NCBI GenBank assembly: GCA_964016885.1
Contig: OZ024741.1
Location: 30,380,001 to 30,444,000, forward strand
Length of the DNA stretch: 64,000 nt
Direction: 5' to 3'
From: Eledone cirrhosa
Taxonomy: Eukaryota
Shown here: in pieces, positions 39,430 to 53,395 of the stretch
Layout: each line of letters starts with the position of its first letter
Position numbering within the stretch: the stretch's first letter is position 1
Position numbers and translations under genes: made by a program
Notes under the pieces: model-generated
Seen by the model: the letters and a program-made list of their open reading frames with translations, nothing else
Databases searched by the model: none
Told to the model about the DNA's origin: nothing

Positions 39430-41420
39430 TGTGTCTAATGCACCAGGATGTTTTTGATACTTTCATACTCCGTTATTTTGCTACGGTGTTGTTGTTGGAA
39501 TCGGTTGTGTCTGGGTTTGAATTTTATACCCTTGACCAGTTGGAAGAGGTCTTTCTCGAAGGGTGAGAGCAGAGGGTTCGATGGGGGCGGATTTGTAGGT
39601 ATTGAATCCGTATCTCTCCTTGGTGTCGAATCCTGGTTGTCGCGGTATCTATTGGAGAAGAATGTTCTCCATCGCAATCCTTTCGCAAACAGGTCGATTT
39701 TTTGCGTGAGCATCCGAAGGTAAAGTTTTCTTTGGGGAACTGGGATGTCTTTGTGGAGAAGTCGAAAGTGCGTTTTCGCATAGTAGGTATTATGAAGAAA
39801 CTGGAGCTTGCTGGAAAAATCGGGATATGGCGTGGTAGGGTCGGAAAGTGCTCTACTACAGAGGTAGGAGCTAGATAACGAAGGAAGTGGGGTATGGAAC
39901 CATGTGGACCATAGTACTCAATACTTAGGGTAGTTGAGTTGGGTAATAGGAAATTGTTCAAGATCCCGATGGCAGAACTCAAGCCGACGGCTATTTCTGG
40001 ACTAAATTAGATTTTTAGCGTGGTAATAAATAACCGAACTTTTGAAGGGGTAATTCCATATATGGGAAGATTGTTGTTGTCAAAAGGATTGGTCAACATT
40101 TATTGTAATCACAATCAAATCTTTCATGGTGGTGGGTGGCTGAACTTGCCTGTATAACAATGAGGGAGTGGGTGGAGCCGGTCATACGTTGAAAGTGAAT
40201 TCTATACAGCAAATTGTAAGGAGTGTGAATGAAATTATGCTAGCTAGAAAGCAGGCAAAAAAAGAATTCTGCAGGAATCCGGGAGTGGGAAGTTATAGAA
40301 TTAAGAAATTAAAAAGTTAATAAATTGAAATTAAAAAATTAAAAAACAATAAATAAAAATAATATTATAATATCAAATAATAAAAAATAATAAAAAAATC
40401 TAGAGTCTAAAACAGCTGCTATATTGTTAGCCTTTATTGCGTTTTCGGCCAATGCTATACTGAATATTTTTCGTGGCAGTACTGAGGCTACAAAAGCCCG
40501 ATGGGCTGCCTCAGGGTAAGCGAAAGAGGAAACAGGAAGAAGAGAGGGAATGGAAGAAAGTGAGAAGAAGAGATAATGGGAAAAAAAAGTACATCTGCCT
40601 ATGTATGCTGGGGTTTCTCCTATCTTCAAGCGGGGAAAAGAAGGATCTTACAGCCATTGTCTACCCACCCGCGTCATGAGGGTGTTTGAAGGCGAGGTAA
40701 GTCCTATGCAATCGGTATTTACATGCGGTTACAAGTTCGTCTTTTTTGTGTAGGAGTTGGTCCTTTGTAAACAGCATTTGTATTGTTTTCTCCGAGCATA
40801 AGTTACACGGACGGCGTCCTCCTGTGCAGGGGTTAGACCAGGAAAGTAAGCTCCAAGTAAGATGTTATGTGATGTTATTTTCTTGGAGTTCCCAGATGTG
40901 GCCCGAAAAGGTAGAGGCATGTCGCCGGGCCGGGTTTCTGAACGTATGTCGGTGTTGGTAGATCCGGGTATTAAGGTCACAAGCAGTTAATCCTATATAT
41001 GTTGGAGTTTTACGTTCTCGGCCTCTGTTGTTGAAGGGGCACACAGATCTATCAGGGCAGTTACACCTCCTGGTCGGCTCTCCACTAATGTCTAGGTTGT
41101 TTTTTTCCATAGGAGTTGAGTTTGTTGTTGTTTGGGAGGCGATGTTTTGTGCGAAATTAGGTGTGGTGCTGTAGGAGAGTTTGGTAGTGTTTTTGTTGAT
41201 TATGTTGTGGTAGCGTTGTTGTGGTGGGAAGTGTTTTTCGAGGAGCCCCAAGAAGATTTTCCCGATTGGTGTTGCAACCTCGGCATTCTGGGGAGGGTTG
41301 AACCACGTTACGTGGCGTGAGCAGCGGCGTCGCCTTCTGGTTCCGTTAGAGGAAGCTGGGTAAAAGGATATTTCCTCCCGAAAGCCGCTTCGCTTGAGGG
41401 CCGGGTTGTAATAAGGTCCA
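39430..41420 (-). mobile_element. Partial tandem PLE: EN/3' part (41420-40000) then the start of an ORF (39780-39435)
   Basis: WFNPP..IGKIFL, CNCPDRSVCP and YIGLT, then DFSTK..LRWRTFF..FEKDL, homologous to 3717-4271. Confidence 0.8.
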
Positions 41421-41494
41421 GAAATATATATAATAATAGTAATAATAATAACATATGTAGTAATAAACACAGTAAATCGTCTTAATAACTCTGC

Positions 41495-41566
<72 letters not shown>

Positions 41567-42125
41567 CTCATATTTGTTGCGATGTTCATGGCAAGGAGAG
41601 AGGGTAGTGATATCAACATTACATTTGCAGATTTTAACGTCTAATTGTTTGAAATATAAACACACCATTGTCTGAGCAGGAAACTAGTTGACTAACTCTA
41701 TGATCAGGTTTATCTGGGCATGTATTAAAATAGCTCTGATATTTATGTTTCAGCTGCCGTATCGTTTCAATTAATTGTATACCGAGATATCTCATTGTTA
41801 CGGCATCAAGTTGTCTTCCGTTGTACTCCAGATATTATGCTCTAAACGTAAAATAATATTGTTGTAGGATTTTGTAACGTTTTCAATTAAGTTTACAAAA
41901 AAAAAAAAAAAAAAAACAGAACGTGTTATGCAAATATTAGCTCCTACGATAAAAATGTACATGTATGTAATATGCTATATGGGCTTCCATTTGTCTGTAT
42001 AAGCATGGAGGAGTTATTGAATTTAGATACATATGGGTATATGTGAATGTCTTTCGACGGATACATTTTTGTGTACAGGATTTTCATTTTGTAATGCTTA
42101 GTGTATGTTTACCGTAGTGTATATG

Positions 42126-42377
42126 TATACACTATAGGGATAAGGAACAAGGATTCAGTGTTGCATCATAACATGTTTAATAACATATTACATATGGTTC
42201 ACTATCGGAGACGAATTCATATACTAAACATATCTGACGACATTTCGATTACAGAGGCAGGTTCGATCAACAATAGGTCTTGCCTCGAACTGATCGATAG
42301 TGAATCATATGTATTATGTTATTAAATATGTTATTATGCAACACTGAATCCTTGTTCCTTATCCTTATAGTGTGTAT
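42126..42377. repeat. Fold-back / MITE-like element with ~80-bp arms
   Basis: TATACACTATAGGGATAAGGAACAAGGATTCAGTGTTGCAT... is mirrored at 42296-42377. Confidence 0.7.
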
Positions 42378-42380
42378 ATA

Positions 42381-43093
42381 TAACTTATCAAGTTATTGAC
42401 GCCCTGGTGTGAGATATCTTGTCTTTAAAGCGTAGAAATATCCGAGACCCCCAGTAGAGAACTGACGAGGAAATCCCCCGTTCTTGCTTTCTTCGTATTC
42501 CCACTGCATTTTAAGTTACCTTAAATAGCAACTACACAGCCATTTCTATTCTCCATATATTTCATCATGTTTTCGCTGTGACCATTCGTCTCTCACCTTC
42601 TACCTAACTATTTCGCCACTTTCTACTCTCACCCCCCCTTTCTTCCACTCCCGTTCTCCCTATCTACTCTTACCCCACTGTCTTCCTCTCATTTTCACCC
42701 CCTCGTCTGACCCTTTAGCACTTCTCTTCTCACTTACAACTGCGGCGATAAGACGTGTGTCTCTTTTCTCTCGACCACTCAGTCTTGAATAAGTTCTCTT
42801 ATCGAGTGGACTTGGATTTCCTTACCTTAAGTTGCTCGCACATTGCTCGTTTTGTTGGTTTTTTTTCGTTGTTTTTGTTCACTCTTTTCTCTATTCTCCG
42901 CCCCCCCCCCTCCTCCGTTTTCCGAATAACTTATCCAGTTATTCACGTCCTGGGGTGAGATATATTGTCTTTAAAGCGTAGAAATATCCGAGACCCCCAG
43001 AGACGACTGATGAGGAAATGTTCTTGCTTTCTTCGTATTCGCACTGCATTTTAAGTTACCTTAAATAGCAACTACATAGCCATTTCTATTCTC

Positions 43094-43100
<7 letters not shown>
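42381..43100 (+). repeat. Partial tandem repeat (period ~546) with a CTGAYGA motif
   Basis: 42381-42560 is repeated at 42927-43100 and ends in (TA)n. Confidence 0.7.
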
Positions 43101-43143
<43 letters not shown>

Positions 43144-43149
43144 CGTGTG

Positions 43150-43862
43150 TGTAAGTATGTATACGTACATACATATATGTATACAGACGCACAGTAGTAT
43201 GCACATACACACATACATGCACACATATATACATGTACGTATGGATTTACCGAGCATTTATTATAATGCTCGGTTTGTTTGTAAACAAACATCCCGAATT
43301 AAGCCGTACAGTGTTTAGCAACTATCGTTGCCCTCTTGTTCAACACCGATAAAGGAACGATGTACTAGTTTCAAGCTTATTAGCTATCCTCAGTACCACA
43401 TACCTTCCTGCCAGATGATTGAACGTCTGAAAGTATATACTTTCCTTATGCACATTAACGGCTGAGCAGCCTAATTTGCATATCGAGTGAGTTAATCGGC
43501 CGGGTGCACCGAAAACGATAAATGGAAAAAAATGAAATCATCTGGCAGGAAGTTATACAGTGCTGACGATAGCTAATAAGCTTGAAACTAGTACATCGTT
43601 CCTTTGTCGGTGTTAAACAAGAGAGCAACCATGGTTGCTAAACACTGTACGGCTTAATTCGGAATGTTTATTTACAAACAAACCGAGTATTATAATAAAT
43701 GCTCGGTAAATCCATACGTACATATATATATGTGTGCATGTATGGATGTGCATACTACTGTGCGTCTGTATACCTATATGTATGTACGTATACATACTTA
43801 TATTTAAGTAACATCCGTACTAGGAGTGAGAAATGAAATTTTGTTACATTTTTTCCATTTAT
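43150..43862. mobile_element. R430 fold-back
   Basis: Inversion near 43538. HHR motifs at 43357-43399(-) and 43557-43599(+). Confidence 0.8.
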
Positions 43863-43875
43863 ATATATATATATA

Positions 43876-44239
43876 CAGTGAATCTTTGCTTATCCGGACG
43901 GTCAAAACCAAACATTTAGAAAAAGATCCGGTTAAGTGAATTCTAAAATCCCATTGTTACATAATGCTCGTGGTTTCTAATGTTTTGGCTTCTTTTAGTC
44001 AAAATAAAAGACAAATGCTAAGTAAAGAAAGTTTAGTAGAATAACAAAAGAACAGCTAGAATTTATAAGAAAATTAATTAAACAAACATAAGAATAACTA
44101 AAACCTTTGTAAAACTAAATCGAGTCAAACCATAAAAAGTTAGTACTTTTTAAAAAAAGGATTAAATAGTAGTATAGAAATAGCCGTCCGGTAAATCGAA
44201 TTTCAGAAAAGCGATATCCGGATAAGCGAAGATGCACTG
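43876..44239. mobile_element. pogo/Tigger-type MITE
   Basis: 23-bp TIRs CAGTGAATCTTTGCTTATCCGGA / TCCGGATAAGCGAAGATGCACTG, TA on the left, and subterminal copies of the CCGG.TAA..GAA motif. Confidence 0.8.
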
Positions 44240-44261
44240 TTTATATATATATAAAGCTTTT

Positions 44262-45180
44262 ATAGGTTTCGGCCAGTGTTGTCCCACGCCATGCATAGCA
44301 CCACCTGGTGAACTCTGAAACCACAACCTAATCATGTTTTGGACACCATGCCCCACTCTAGTCAAGAGTTGTTTTCGGAAACATATCTGGATGTACGAGA
44401 TTTCTTGGAGGAATTTGTCCATGAAACCTTTAAATATTATGGGATTTCTTTTGATATATTTCGATATAATATTAAAGGGTATGAGGTAGTTGAGTCGTAT
44501 GGTTGCTATAATACGCGAGTTTGATTTTTGTAGGATGTTAAAAGTGATGCCAACTTCATTTGCGCAAAATTGATGGATATTTTCCACACAATACTCATGA
44601 TATAGTGCTCCAGGCAGCTTTGGAGAGAGTAGAGTTAGAGCTTTTCATGTCGTCCCGAATGGTCCAATACCTCACATACCATTCAATTTTGATAATGCTT
44701 TGTTTCATGTGAGTAGACCAGAGTGGACAACAATTTTCAAAATGGGAACGGACAATTTTAAAGAGGATAGGTAGATGGTGGGTATTTTTCTTGACCGGAA
44801 TGTTCTAAGAATCCAGGAACACATCATGCGCCCCAAATCAACTTTGGAGTTCATATGAGTAGCCTCGTTTATGTTGTCAAAACTTACTCCAAAGTTTCTG
44901 GTGCTGTTTGATGTCATAAGGGTTTCTCCTGAGAGAAGAGAATACGATACTTTCAGTGCATGTGGATTTTTTAAAGTAGATTTCTTATCTATTCTCGTTT
45001 AGTAGTATATTACTTTGTGTTGCCCATTGCATAACGTCGAGTAAATCTGACTGAGGCATGTCTGGTATCCTACTCCTTTGATGACCTTTTGGAGCATGGA
45101 ATTATCTGTGAAAATTCTTATTCTGCTGTTTGATGACGTCCATAATAGCAAGTAAATAATAAAGTTAAGTGGGCCCAACA
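44262..45180 (-). mobile_element. Decayed CR1/Crack-like LINE 3' part
   Basis: LGPLNFIIY, FTDN (FADD), QSDL..V..WA, WILRTFRSR, CCPLWS and FK..MDKFL motifs, with frameshifts. Confidence 0.7.
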
Positions 45181-45232
45181 CTTGTATATATATATATATA
45201 TATATATATCTTGTATATATATATATATATCT

Positions 45233-45273
<41 letters not shown>

Positions 45274-45773
45274 TTTAGTTATTAATGTTCATACACAGTA
45301 ATGTTCATAACTCTAACCCTTAGTAAACAAGCCCACACCTCAACTGGAAATATATTCGACCAATAGCTAGAAGTCTTGAATACACTTTGTGTAGATGCTT
45401 TGAAGGTGTTTATTTTTTTAAATATTTTAAAGTATATATATTTATGCAAAACCTTTTATCATCATTTTATACACAAACATTTGTTAAATTCGTTAAGAAG
45501 AACATTATAAATATAATGTCTAAACCGTTTATAAATGTAATAATATAATTCATTGAACAATAATGATAAAGGAAACATAAAAAGGCGGGTGGAGGGAGGC
45601 GGCGTGGCAATTCTCCACCAAGTGTGTTAGAGGTTATATATATGTCACCGGTCTTTTGAGGGAGCAACATCAATAGTGAACACGTGTCATATCAATGAAT
45701 TGAAACAGCATCAGTAACATTTCTTTCTCTTCATGTAATCTTATATTTTATTCATGTAACTCTTAATGTAATA

Positions 45774-45830
45774 GTTGTCTGATGAGGTTAAAGAATTGCA
45801 TAACAGTTATCATCGAAATAGGTATAACAG
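45774..45830 (+). ncRNA. Degenerate HHR motif
   Basis: GTTGT-CTGATGA...C-GAAA TAGGT ATAAC. Stems II and III are imperfect. Confidence 0.4.
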
Positions 45831-45879
45831 TAATTGTGGTAAAATTCTAACATGTTGACTGACATTTCATCATTATAAT

Positions 45880-46062
45880 TATTGGCAGTATCTGTAGAGG
45901 GTCGGATGCCATGCTTTGATGCATAGAGTTACGGCCCTTGCCATTCTGAGTTCAAATCCCGCCGAGATTAACTTTGCCTTTCATCCTTACGGGGTCGATA
46001 AAATAAAGTACCAGTAATTCACTGGGTAATTACTGGCCGTGTGCCAAAAGTAGAAACAATTA
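45880..46062 (+). mobile_element. tRNA-derived SINE, family A
   Basis: Matches 35446-35642. Confidence 0.85.
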
Positions 46063-46182
46063 TAATTATACACGGACCTACTTATATACTTCGTTGAGTG
46101 CTCTATCTTGCATATACTAGTATCGGGATTTTAACTAACGTATAATATAGCATATATATATATATAAAAGTTAATATATATT

Positions 46183-46236
<54 letters not shown>

Positions 46237-46250
46237 AATATATATAAATA

Positions 46251-46294
<44 letters not shown>

Positions 46295-46876
46295 AGCATG
46301 TGTATGTGAACATATACTTAATTATACTTACATTGAACTGTGTGCATATCATAAGTTTCCAATAGATTCCACGTGTTCATGGCAATGTGCCTAACAAAAT
46401 GTAATCAGTTTTCTTTCCAATACTACAACATTAGGGAGCAGGATTTGGATGCTTTTATTCATTCTTTGTGTTATATTTTTCCCCATTCGATAGAAAATAC
46501 AGAAGAAGTATATTTAAAACTTGGCACAGCTCGGTAAGGATTTGTTGCATGTATAGTGGAGGAAAAAAAAAACTAGAAAAGCATGCTCAAACAGAGATCA
46601 AAGAATAAGGAGTATACACACACAAAACACATATATACGTACGTACATACATAAATACATATATATATATATAAACATACAGTGCATTTGTATGTATATA
46701 TATATGTCTAACTTTACATCTATCTACGTATTGGTATATATAGGTTATTTTAATAAATATATATATATATATATAGTTATAAGTACATGTTTATGTATGT
46801 ATATATCTGCTTGAGATTGTGAATATGTTAACTTGCCACATTGATTTGTCATTGCTTCTCTAATTCACTTAAAATT

Positions 46877-46925
<49 letters not shown>

Positions 46926-46928
46926 ATA

Positions 46929-47018
<90 letters not shown>

Positions 47019-47069
47019 AATATATATGTGCATGTATATACACACACATAGATACATACATATATATAA

Positions 47070-47206
<137 letters not shown>

Positions 47207-47458
47207 TATATATATCTGTGGCTGTGTCGGAGAATAAGCGTGCTTCTGTCTGTGTGATACTTTATTCTCTAAGCCAAATAACGAAATAGTATCCACTCCA
47301 AAATATCTTATCAATAATGGACACCTGCTGCTTTAAAATCTAACTGTTATCCAATCTGCCTCTTAATTTACCTTCCATCTCCTCTACTTTAATACTTTTA
47401 TTCAATTACATGCTTGCACACACAAACTCAGGCACACACATAATCGAATATATATATA

Positions 47459-47574
<116 letters not shown>

Positions 47575-47576
47575 AG

Positions 47577-47609
<33 letters not shown>

Positions 47610-47610
47610 G

Positions 47611-47669
<59 letters not shown>

Positions 47670-47982
47670 GTATTTATATATATATATACACATATATATA
47701 TATACATATGTATATATATTTATATACCTAGATATATACACATATAATGGTACTATAGTGGGTATATATATATATATATATATATATAAGCAGATACATA
47801 CACGTTGTAACTGATCTGTAGATAGAATAATCATTGAGAGAAACAGAAAGAAAAATGCATGCGTATATGCATATGTACATTTGTATATGTGTATGTGTGT
47901 ATAAATATCAGCTGTGTAAACTTATAACACACACATATCTATTTATGCGCGACTGTGTGTGTGACTGTTTGTGTGTGTTTGT

Positions 47983-48044
<62 letters not shown>

Positions 48045-48779
48045 GTGTGTGTATGTGTGTGTGTATGTGGGTGCGTGTGTGTGTATGTGTGTGTGTATGT
48101 GTGTGTGTGTGTACGTAAATATGTTCCGGTATGTGCATATATGAGAAATATCGATAATATCTCTAGCTTTAATGTTTAAGAAATGTCGTCTGCGATGCTA
48201 TTAATGTATATGACAATAGTAAAGCAGTGAATTGAAATGATTTGTAGAGCATCAGAGACGTTGGTTAGCATTACTTGCGTATGCTCTGTTACTTTCTGGG
48301 TTCAAATTCCTGTCGTACGCATTCTTGTCTCTCTTGATTTCTCGCGCAGTTTATATCGATATATTAAATCCATAGTCAGGTTTTTCGTCGAACTGAATCG
48401 CTTAAATTAGCCGCTGTAAAAAATCAATGCGACAATATTTAGTTTTATGTAAATGTTTAAATTCATTATAATAATTTATATAATTTGAACCGCAGTTCAA
48501 AATTTATATTACTCAACACATAGATTTGTCCCTATGTTAAATTTTAACATAGCACTATGCTTAGTTTGAGCCTCGGTTAGACTTCAATATTATGCAATGT
48601 GATGTCATGACTCTATATAGGAAATATACTACAAAATGAATGACTCAACCACATACGGATATATATATATAAAAATATATATATATATATTTATTAAAAT
48701 ATTATATTTATTAAATAATATAATATTAAAATATTATATTTATTAAATAATATAATATTAAAATATTATATTATTATTA

Positions 48780-50932
48780 TTGTTCTTTGAGTCTCAGTCA
48801 TTGATGTTTGTTAACTGGGAAGTTTGTTGAAATGAATAGCCACTACCTGCAGCCTCAGATATTCAGGACGTATCGGAGGGTTCTTGCTGTTCCCAGCAAG
48901 CATGCCTTTTGAAGCGTTCCAAAAAGCGTGGCGTGGCCAATTTTCTTTAACCATCCCTGGAAACTTTTTGAGATAGTACCTAGTGCGCCTATGACAATCG
49001 GGACCACTTTGAATTCATGGCAGTTCCAAATCCTTTTTACCTCCCACTTTAAGTCCTGGTATCGGTGAATTTTCTCCCTCTCCTTCTCTTGCACTCTCGT
49101 GTCGAATGGGCAGGCTACATCCACAATCAGGCACGATCTTTTTTCCTTGTCCAAAACCACCAGGTCAGGTCTATTTTGTTCCAGTTGTTTGTCCTTCTGT
49201 ATCCTAAAATCCCACAGCACCTTCACCTGATCGTTTTCTATCAGCAACTCTGGCTTATGCTCATACCACTTCTCAGAATGTGGTAAATTGTTTACTTTGC
49301 ATAGGTGCCAGTGGATCACCCTGCTCATCACATCATGTCCCCAGCACTTATAGTGAGTTTGGGCTAGGTGTTTACACTCGGATACAATGTGAGCCACAGT
49401 CTCCTCTCTCTCTCCACAGATCCTGCACAGTGAGCTATCCTCCTCCTTGTAAATATGGTGTTTCAACCACTTCGTTTTGAGGGCTTGCTCTTGCGCAGCC
49501 ATTAGCATTCCTTCTGTAGCCTTTTTAAGGTCTCCTCTTTTCAACCAGTTCTATGTCTGCGGATCTCTGAATTCAGTTTTCTCAAAGAAGGTACTATGAA
49601 GGGATTTTTCATGAAGGCTGCTCTTTCTCCTTGTTGTTATTTCCTTCTTGGACATCCCCTGGACTATTGTCCTCTCCTTCAGTACAATTCTGAGCATTGG
49701 CTCCTTACCATCAGTCACGTATTTGTGTAGGTTGTTTTTCTCCATCTGAACACAGTCCTCTATGTTGATAAGACCTCTTCCACTTTCAGATCTCCTTAAG
49801 TAGAGTCTATCGACATCACTCCTCTTGTGGAACATGTTGTAGATAGTCAATAGCTTCCTAGTCTTCCTATCCATTTCTTTCTGTTCAGCAACATTCCATC
49901 TCAGAATTCCCGCACTGTACCTAATAATAGACACAGCTCGGAAATTTACTGCACTTATGGCATTCCTACTGTTCAGATGTGACTTTAATACGCTCCTTAT
50001 TCTCCGAATGTATTCAGATCTTATCAATTCCTTAATTTATTTTGTTCTTGATGTCATCAGCCTCCAGAACACCTAAATATTTGTATCCTTCTTCAGTGTC
50101 AATTTCTTTATCATCTCACCTGTTGGTACATGGATTCCGTTGCTTCTGCTCAATTTACCCCTATTCATCACAAGGACTCCACACTTACTAATACCAAAAT
50201 GCATACATATATCATTGCTGAAAATAGGACAGTGTCAACAAGCACATCCAACTCCTTCTCACTCTTCCCAAAGTGCTTAAGATCGTCCATGAAGTGGAGG
50301 TGATTGATGGTAAGCTATCCCTTTCCCAACTTGCATCCTGCTCTCACATTTCGCAGTATAATGGTCAGGGGCATCAGGGCAAGGACAAACAACGGAGGGG
50401 ACAGACTATCTCCCTGGAAGATACCTTTCTTGATCGTCACGCCTCCCAAGGATTCTCCAGCTGATGTTAACTCTGTTTTCCAGGACTTCATACTTTTCCC
50501 CAACAACTGTCTGATGTTATCTGCCACCTTGAAGATCTCTAGGCTTTTGGTGATCCAAGAATGAGGCACCATGTCAAATGCCTTTTTGTAGTCTATCCAT
50601 CCCATGGCAAGACCAGTGTGTCTCCTCTTGCAATTCCTCATTACCATCTTATCAATAAGTAACTGCTCCTTTGTACCACGGGACTTCTTTCGGCATCCTT
50701 TCTGTTCGCCCGGTAACAAGTTGTTTGTGTGGAGGTGATGGTAGATTTCCTCAGACATAATGCTTGTCAACAGTTTCCACATTACGGACAGACATGTGAT
50801 AGGTCTATAGATGGTAACATCTTTACCCTTGGTTCGGTCTTTCATTACCAGAACTGAGGTATCTTTTGTCAACCACTCTGGTACCTCACCTGACATGAAG
50901 CAGTCATTGAACGTGGTTGTTTGTTTCGGGTG
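48780..50932 (-). mobile_element. R4/Dong-like RLE retrotransposon, family A, 5'-truncated and disrupted
   Basis: RT ([27 protein letters not shown]), CRIC..ETVAH..C knuckle and RPDL..VDV RLE. The tail lies in (TAA)n at ~48770. Confidence 0.92.
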
Positions 50933-52085
50933 AGACACATACAACACTTCATCCACCGTATGCAGTTCTCTGGTTACAATCAGAGAGATAGAATCAGAGT
51001 TTATAGAGGAGCCAGAACCAAATGGGAAAAAATGGTAAATAATGACACAAATGGGACCTGCCCCTTGTATAGGAGCAACTTTTGGAATAGAATAGAAAAA
51101 ACTAGGAATAAGGCTAATAGAATAAACTCATGGTATGATAGCAATAAATACCAGAGTGTAATGTTCATCGATACAACCCCTAGAGGTGAATTAGCTTACA
51201 AATTTAGAAGGGCCCTAGATGAACATAAACTCAATATTAAGATAGTAGAAAGACCAGGTACCTACGTAAAAAACACTTATTAGCAAGACATACCCTTTCC
51301 AAAGAACCCCCTGTATAGATAAGAAATGTATAACTTGTAAAATAAGCCGCCATATTAACTGTAAAACTAGAAATGTAGTGTATAGCATAAGGTGTACTGA
51401 AGGACAATGTAGAGACAAAAATATAGTGTACATAGGTGAGACAGCTCGTAGTGTAGGGGAACGGATAAATGAACACTGGTGAGACCTTCAAGATAGTAAA
51501 GAATCATCTGTACTCTACCAACATGCTAAAATAGAACATAAGGGTAAATTAGAGCACATAGAAATAAAAATAGAATCTACACACAGAAAAGACGCAATGT
51601 TTAGACAAATCACAGAGGCAATAAACATAAAAGAATTACAACCAAAATTAAATAGAAAATATGAGTGGAACAGCAACATCACAACTTACAATTAAGGAAA
51701 AAATGAAAACACACACACACATAGAACAAACAACCAACCGGTAACATGTAATTAAACACATAAATAAACAAATATAAACACACACAGACACCCGGATGTG
51801 GTGCATGCGCAGACTGAGCACACAACACACACACAGAAACAAAATGGCGTAGGACAGAACAAAGGAGAGACACATAAACAAAGAAAAGAATCCCCAGTCA
51901 CTGAAGAGGTCACAGAATGTGTGACGAAAGAAGTTTGACACTATATAAACAACTATCTGGTTGTGGAACCAAACAACCAACCAGAAATTTATAAATTCCT
52001 AAATTTATAAATTTATTATAATAAATTGAAGTGATAGCAACTGGTGCGTGTGTTTCTTATTGGCAACATGACCCTCCCAAAGTAT
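50933..52085 (+). mobile_element. PLE 3' fragment of a different clade (thumb, linker, GIY-YIG, 3' UTR)
   Basis: MQFSGY, PLYRS, ERPG, then C..CITC..C..RNVVYSIRC..YIGETARS..ER..EH..LNRKYEW. Ends at (TA)n. Its terminus resembles 14720-14762. Confidence 0.85.
51897..51939 (+). ncRNA. HHR motif in PLE 3' UTR
   Basis: GUCA-CUGAAGA-G GUCACA GAAUG UGUGAC-GAAA GAAGUU-UGAC. Stem III is mismatched. Confidence 0.6.
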
Positions 52086-52122
<37 letters not shown>

Positions 52123-52123
52123 A

Positions 52124-52382
52124 GTAGAGATAAACAGAGTAAAATGTGCGTCTAAAATTACGAGGGTTGAGGAAATCCTACAGATTATCTGTTACAAACA
52201 CAATTTTCAGGGCGGGCGGGACAGATTAAATCTCTCATCTATCCGAGAGATTAAAAAGTTATTGAGACGGCCTGTATATCTGCTCTAAATCTTCCGTTTG
52301 CTTCAGGTTAAATTTATCAAACCAATATGGTATTTCAACCCTCATAATTTTAGACACACAATTTACTCTGTTTATCTCTACA
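52124..52382. repeat. Fold-back mini-element with ~48-bp arms
   Basis: GTAGAGATAAACAGAGTAAAATGTGCGTCTAAAATTACGAGGGTTGA is mirrored at 52335-52382. Confidence 0.7.
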
Positions 52383-52496
52383 TATATTATTATATAATGG
52401 TCAGTATTTATACTTTGAGCTTGTTAATTACAGGGTATCAATATGAGTTAGTAACTCCGTATTTTATTTGCATATGTTTTCTAATATATATATATA

Positions 52497-52536
52497 TATA
52501 AGTATGTATACGTACATACATATATGTATACATACG

Positions 52537-52572
<36 letters not shown>

Positions 52573-53212
52573 CATACATGCACACATATATTTAAAAAAC
52601 AAACATCCAGAATTAAGCCGTACAGTGTCTAGCAACCATCGTTGCTCGTTTGTTCAACACTGACAAAAGACCGCTGTACTAGTTTCGAGCTTATTAGCTA
52701 TCGTCATATATGTATGTACGTATACATACTTATATTTAAGTAGCAGCCGTACTAAGAGTGAGAAATGAAATGTCGTTTCATTTTTCAGTTTATCATTTTC
52801 GGTACCCCGGCCGATTAACTCACTCGATATGCAAATTAGGCTGCTCAGCCGTTAATATGCATAAGGAAAGTATATACTTTCAGACGTTCAACCATCTGGC
52901 AGGAAGGTATACGTTGCTGACGATAGCTAATAAGCTTGAAACTAGTACAGCGTTCCTTTGTCAGTGTTGAACAAAGAGCAACAATGGTTGCTAGACACTA
53001 CGGCTTAATTCGGGATGTCTGTTTACAAACACACCGAGCATTATAATAAATGTTCGGTGAATCCATACGTACATATATATATGTGTGCATGTATGTATAT
53101 ATATATACATACTACCGTACGTCTGTATACATATATGTATGTACGTATACATACTTATATTTAAATAACAGCCGTAATAAGAGTGAGAAATGAAATTTCG
53201 TTCAATTTTTCC

Positions 53213-53214
<2 letters not shown>
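52497..53214. mobile_element. R430 fold-back containing one complete monomer (period 425)
   Basis: GAGTGAGAAATGAAAT occurs at 52756 and 53181. Inversion near 52705. Confidence 0.82.
52911..52953 (+). ncRNA. Minimal type I HHR in R430
   Basis: ACGUUG-CUGACGA-U AGCU AAUA AGCU U-GAAAC UA GUA-CAGCGU, with palindromic stem III (ACUAGU). Confidence 0.85.
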
Positions 53215-53256
<42 letters not shown>

Positions 53257-53258
<2 letters not shown>

Positions 53259-53395
53259 CGGAGGAAATGTGGTGATGAACCAGGTGGACCATAACGCACC
53301 AAAGTACTCAATACTTAGGGTAGTAGAGTGGGTAATAGGAACGAGTAGGACCCCGACGGCTTGAGCTCAGCCGTCGGGGTCCTACTTGTTCCTAT
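53257..53395. repeat. Inverted copy of the 6648-6810 hairpin plus tail mini-element
   Basis: Reverse-complement match to 6648-6810. Confidence 0.7.

Noticed and set aside
51470-51490. In-frame TGA in the PLE endonuclease as possible selenocysteine
   Set aside because: It is not at a Cys position, the copy has other lesions, I see no SECIS, and the domain order is not Naiad-like.
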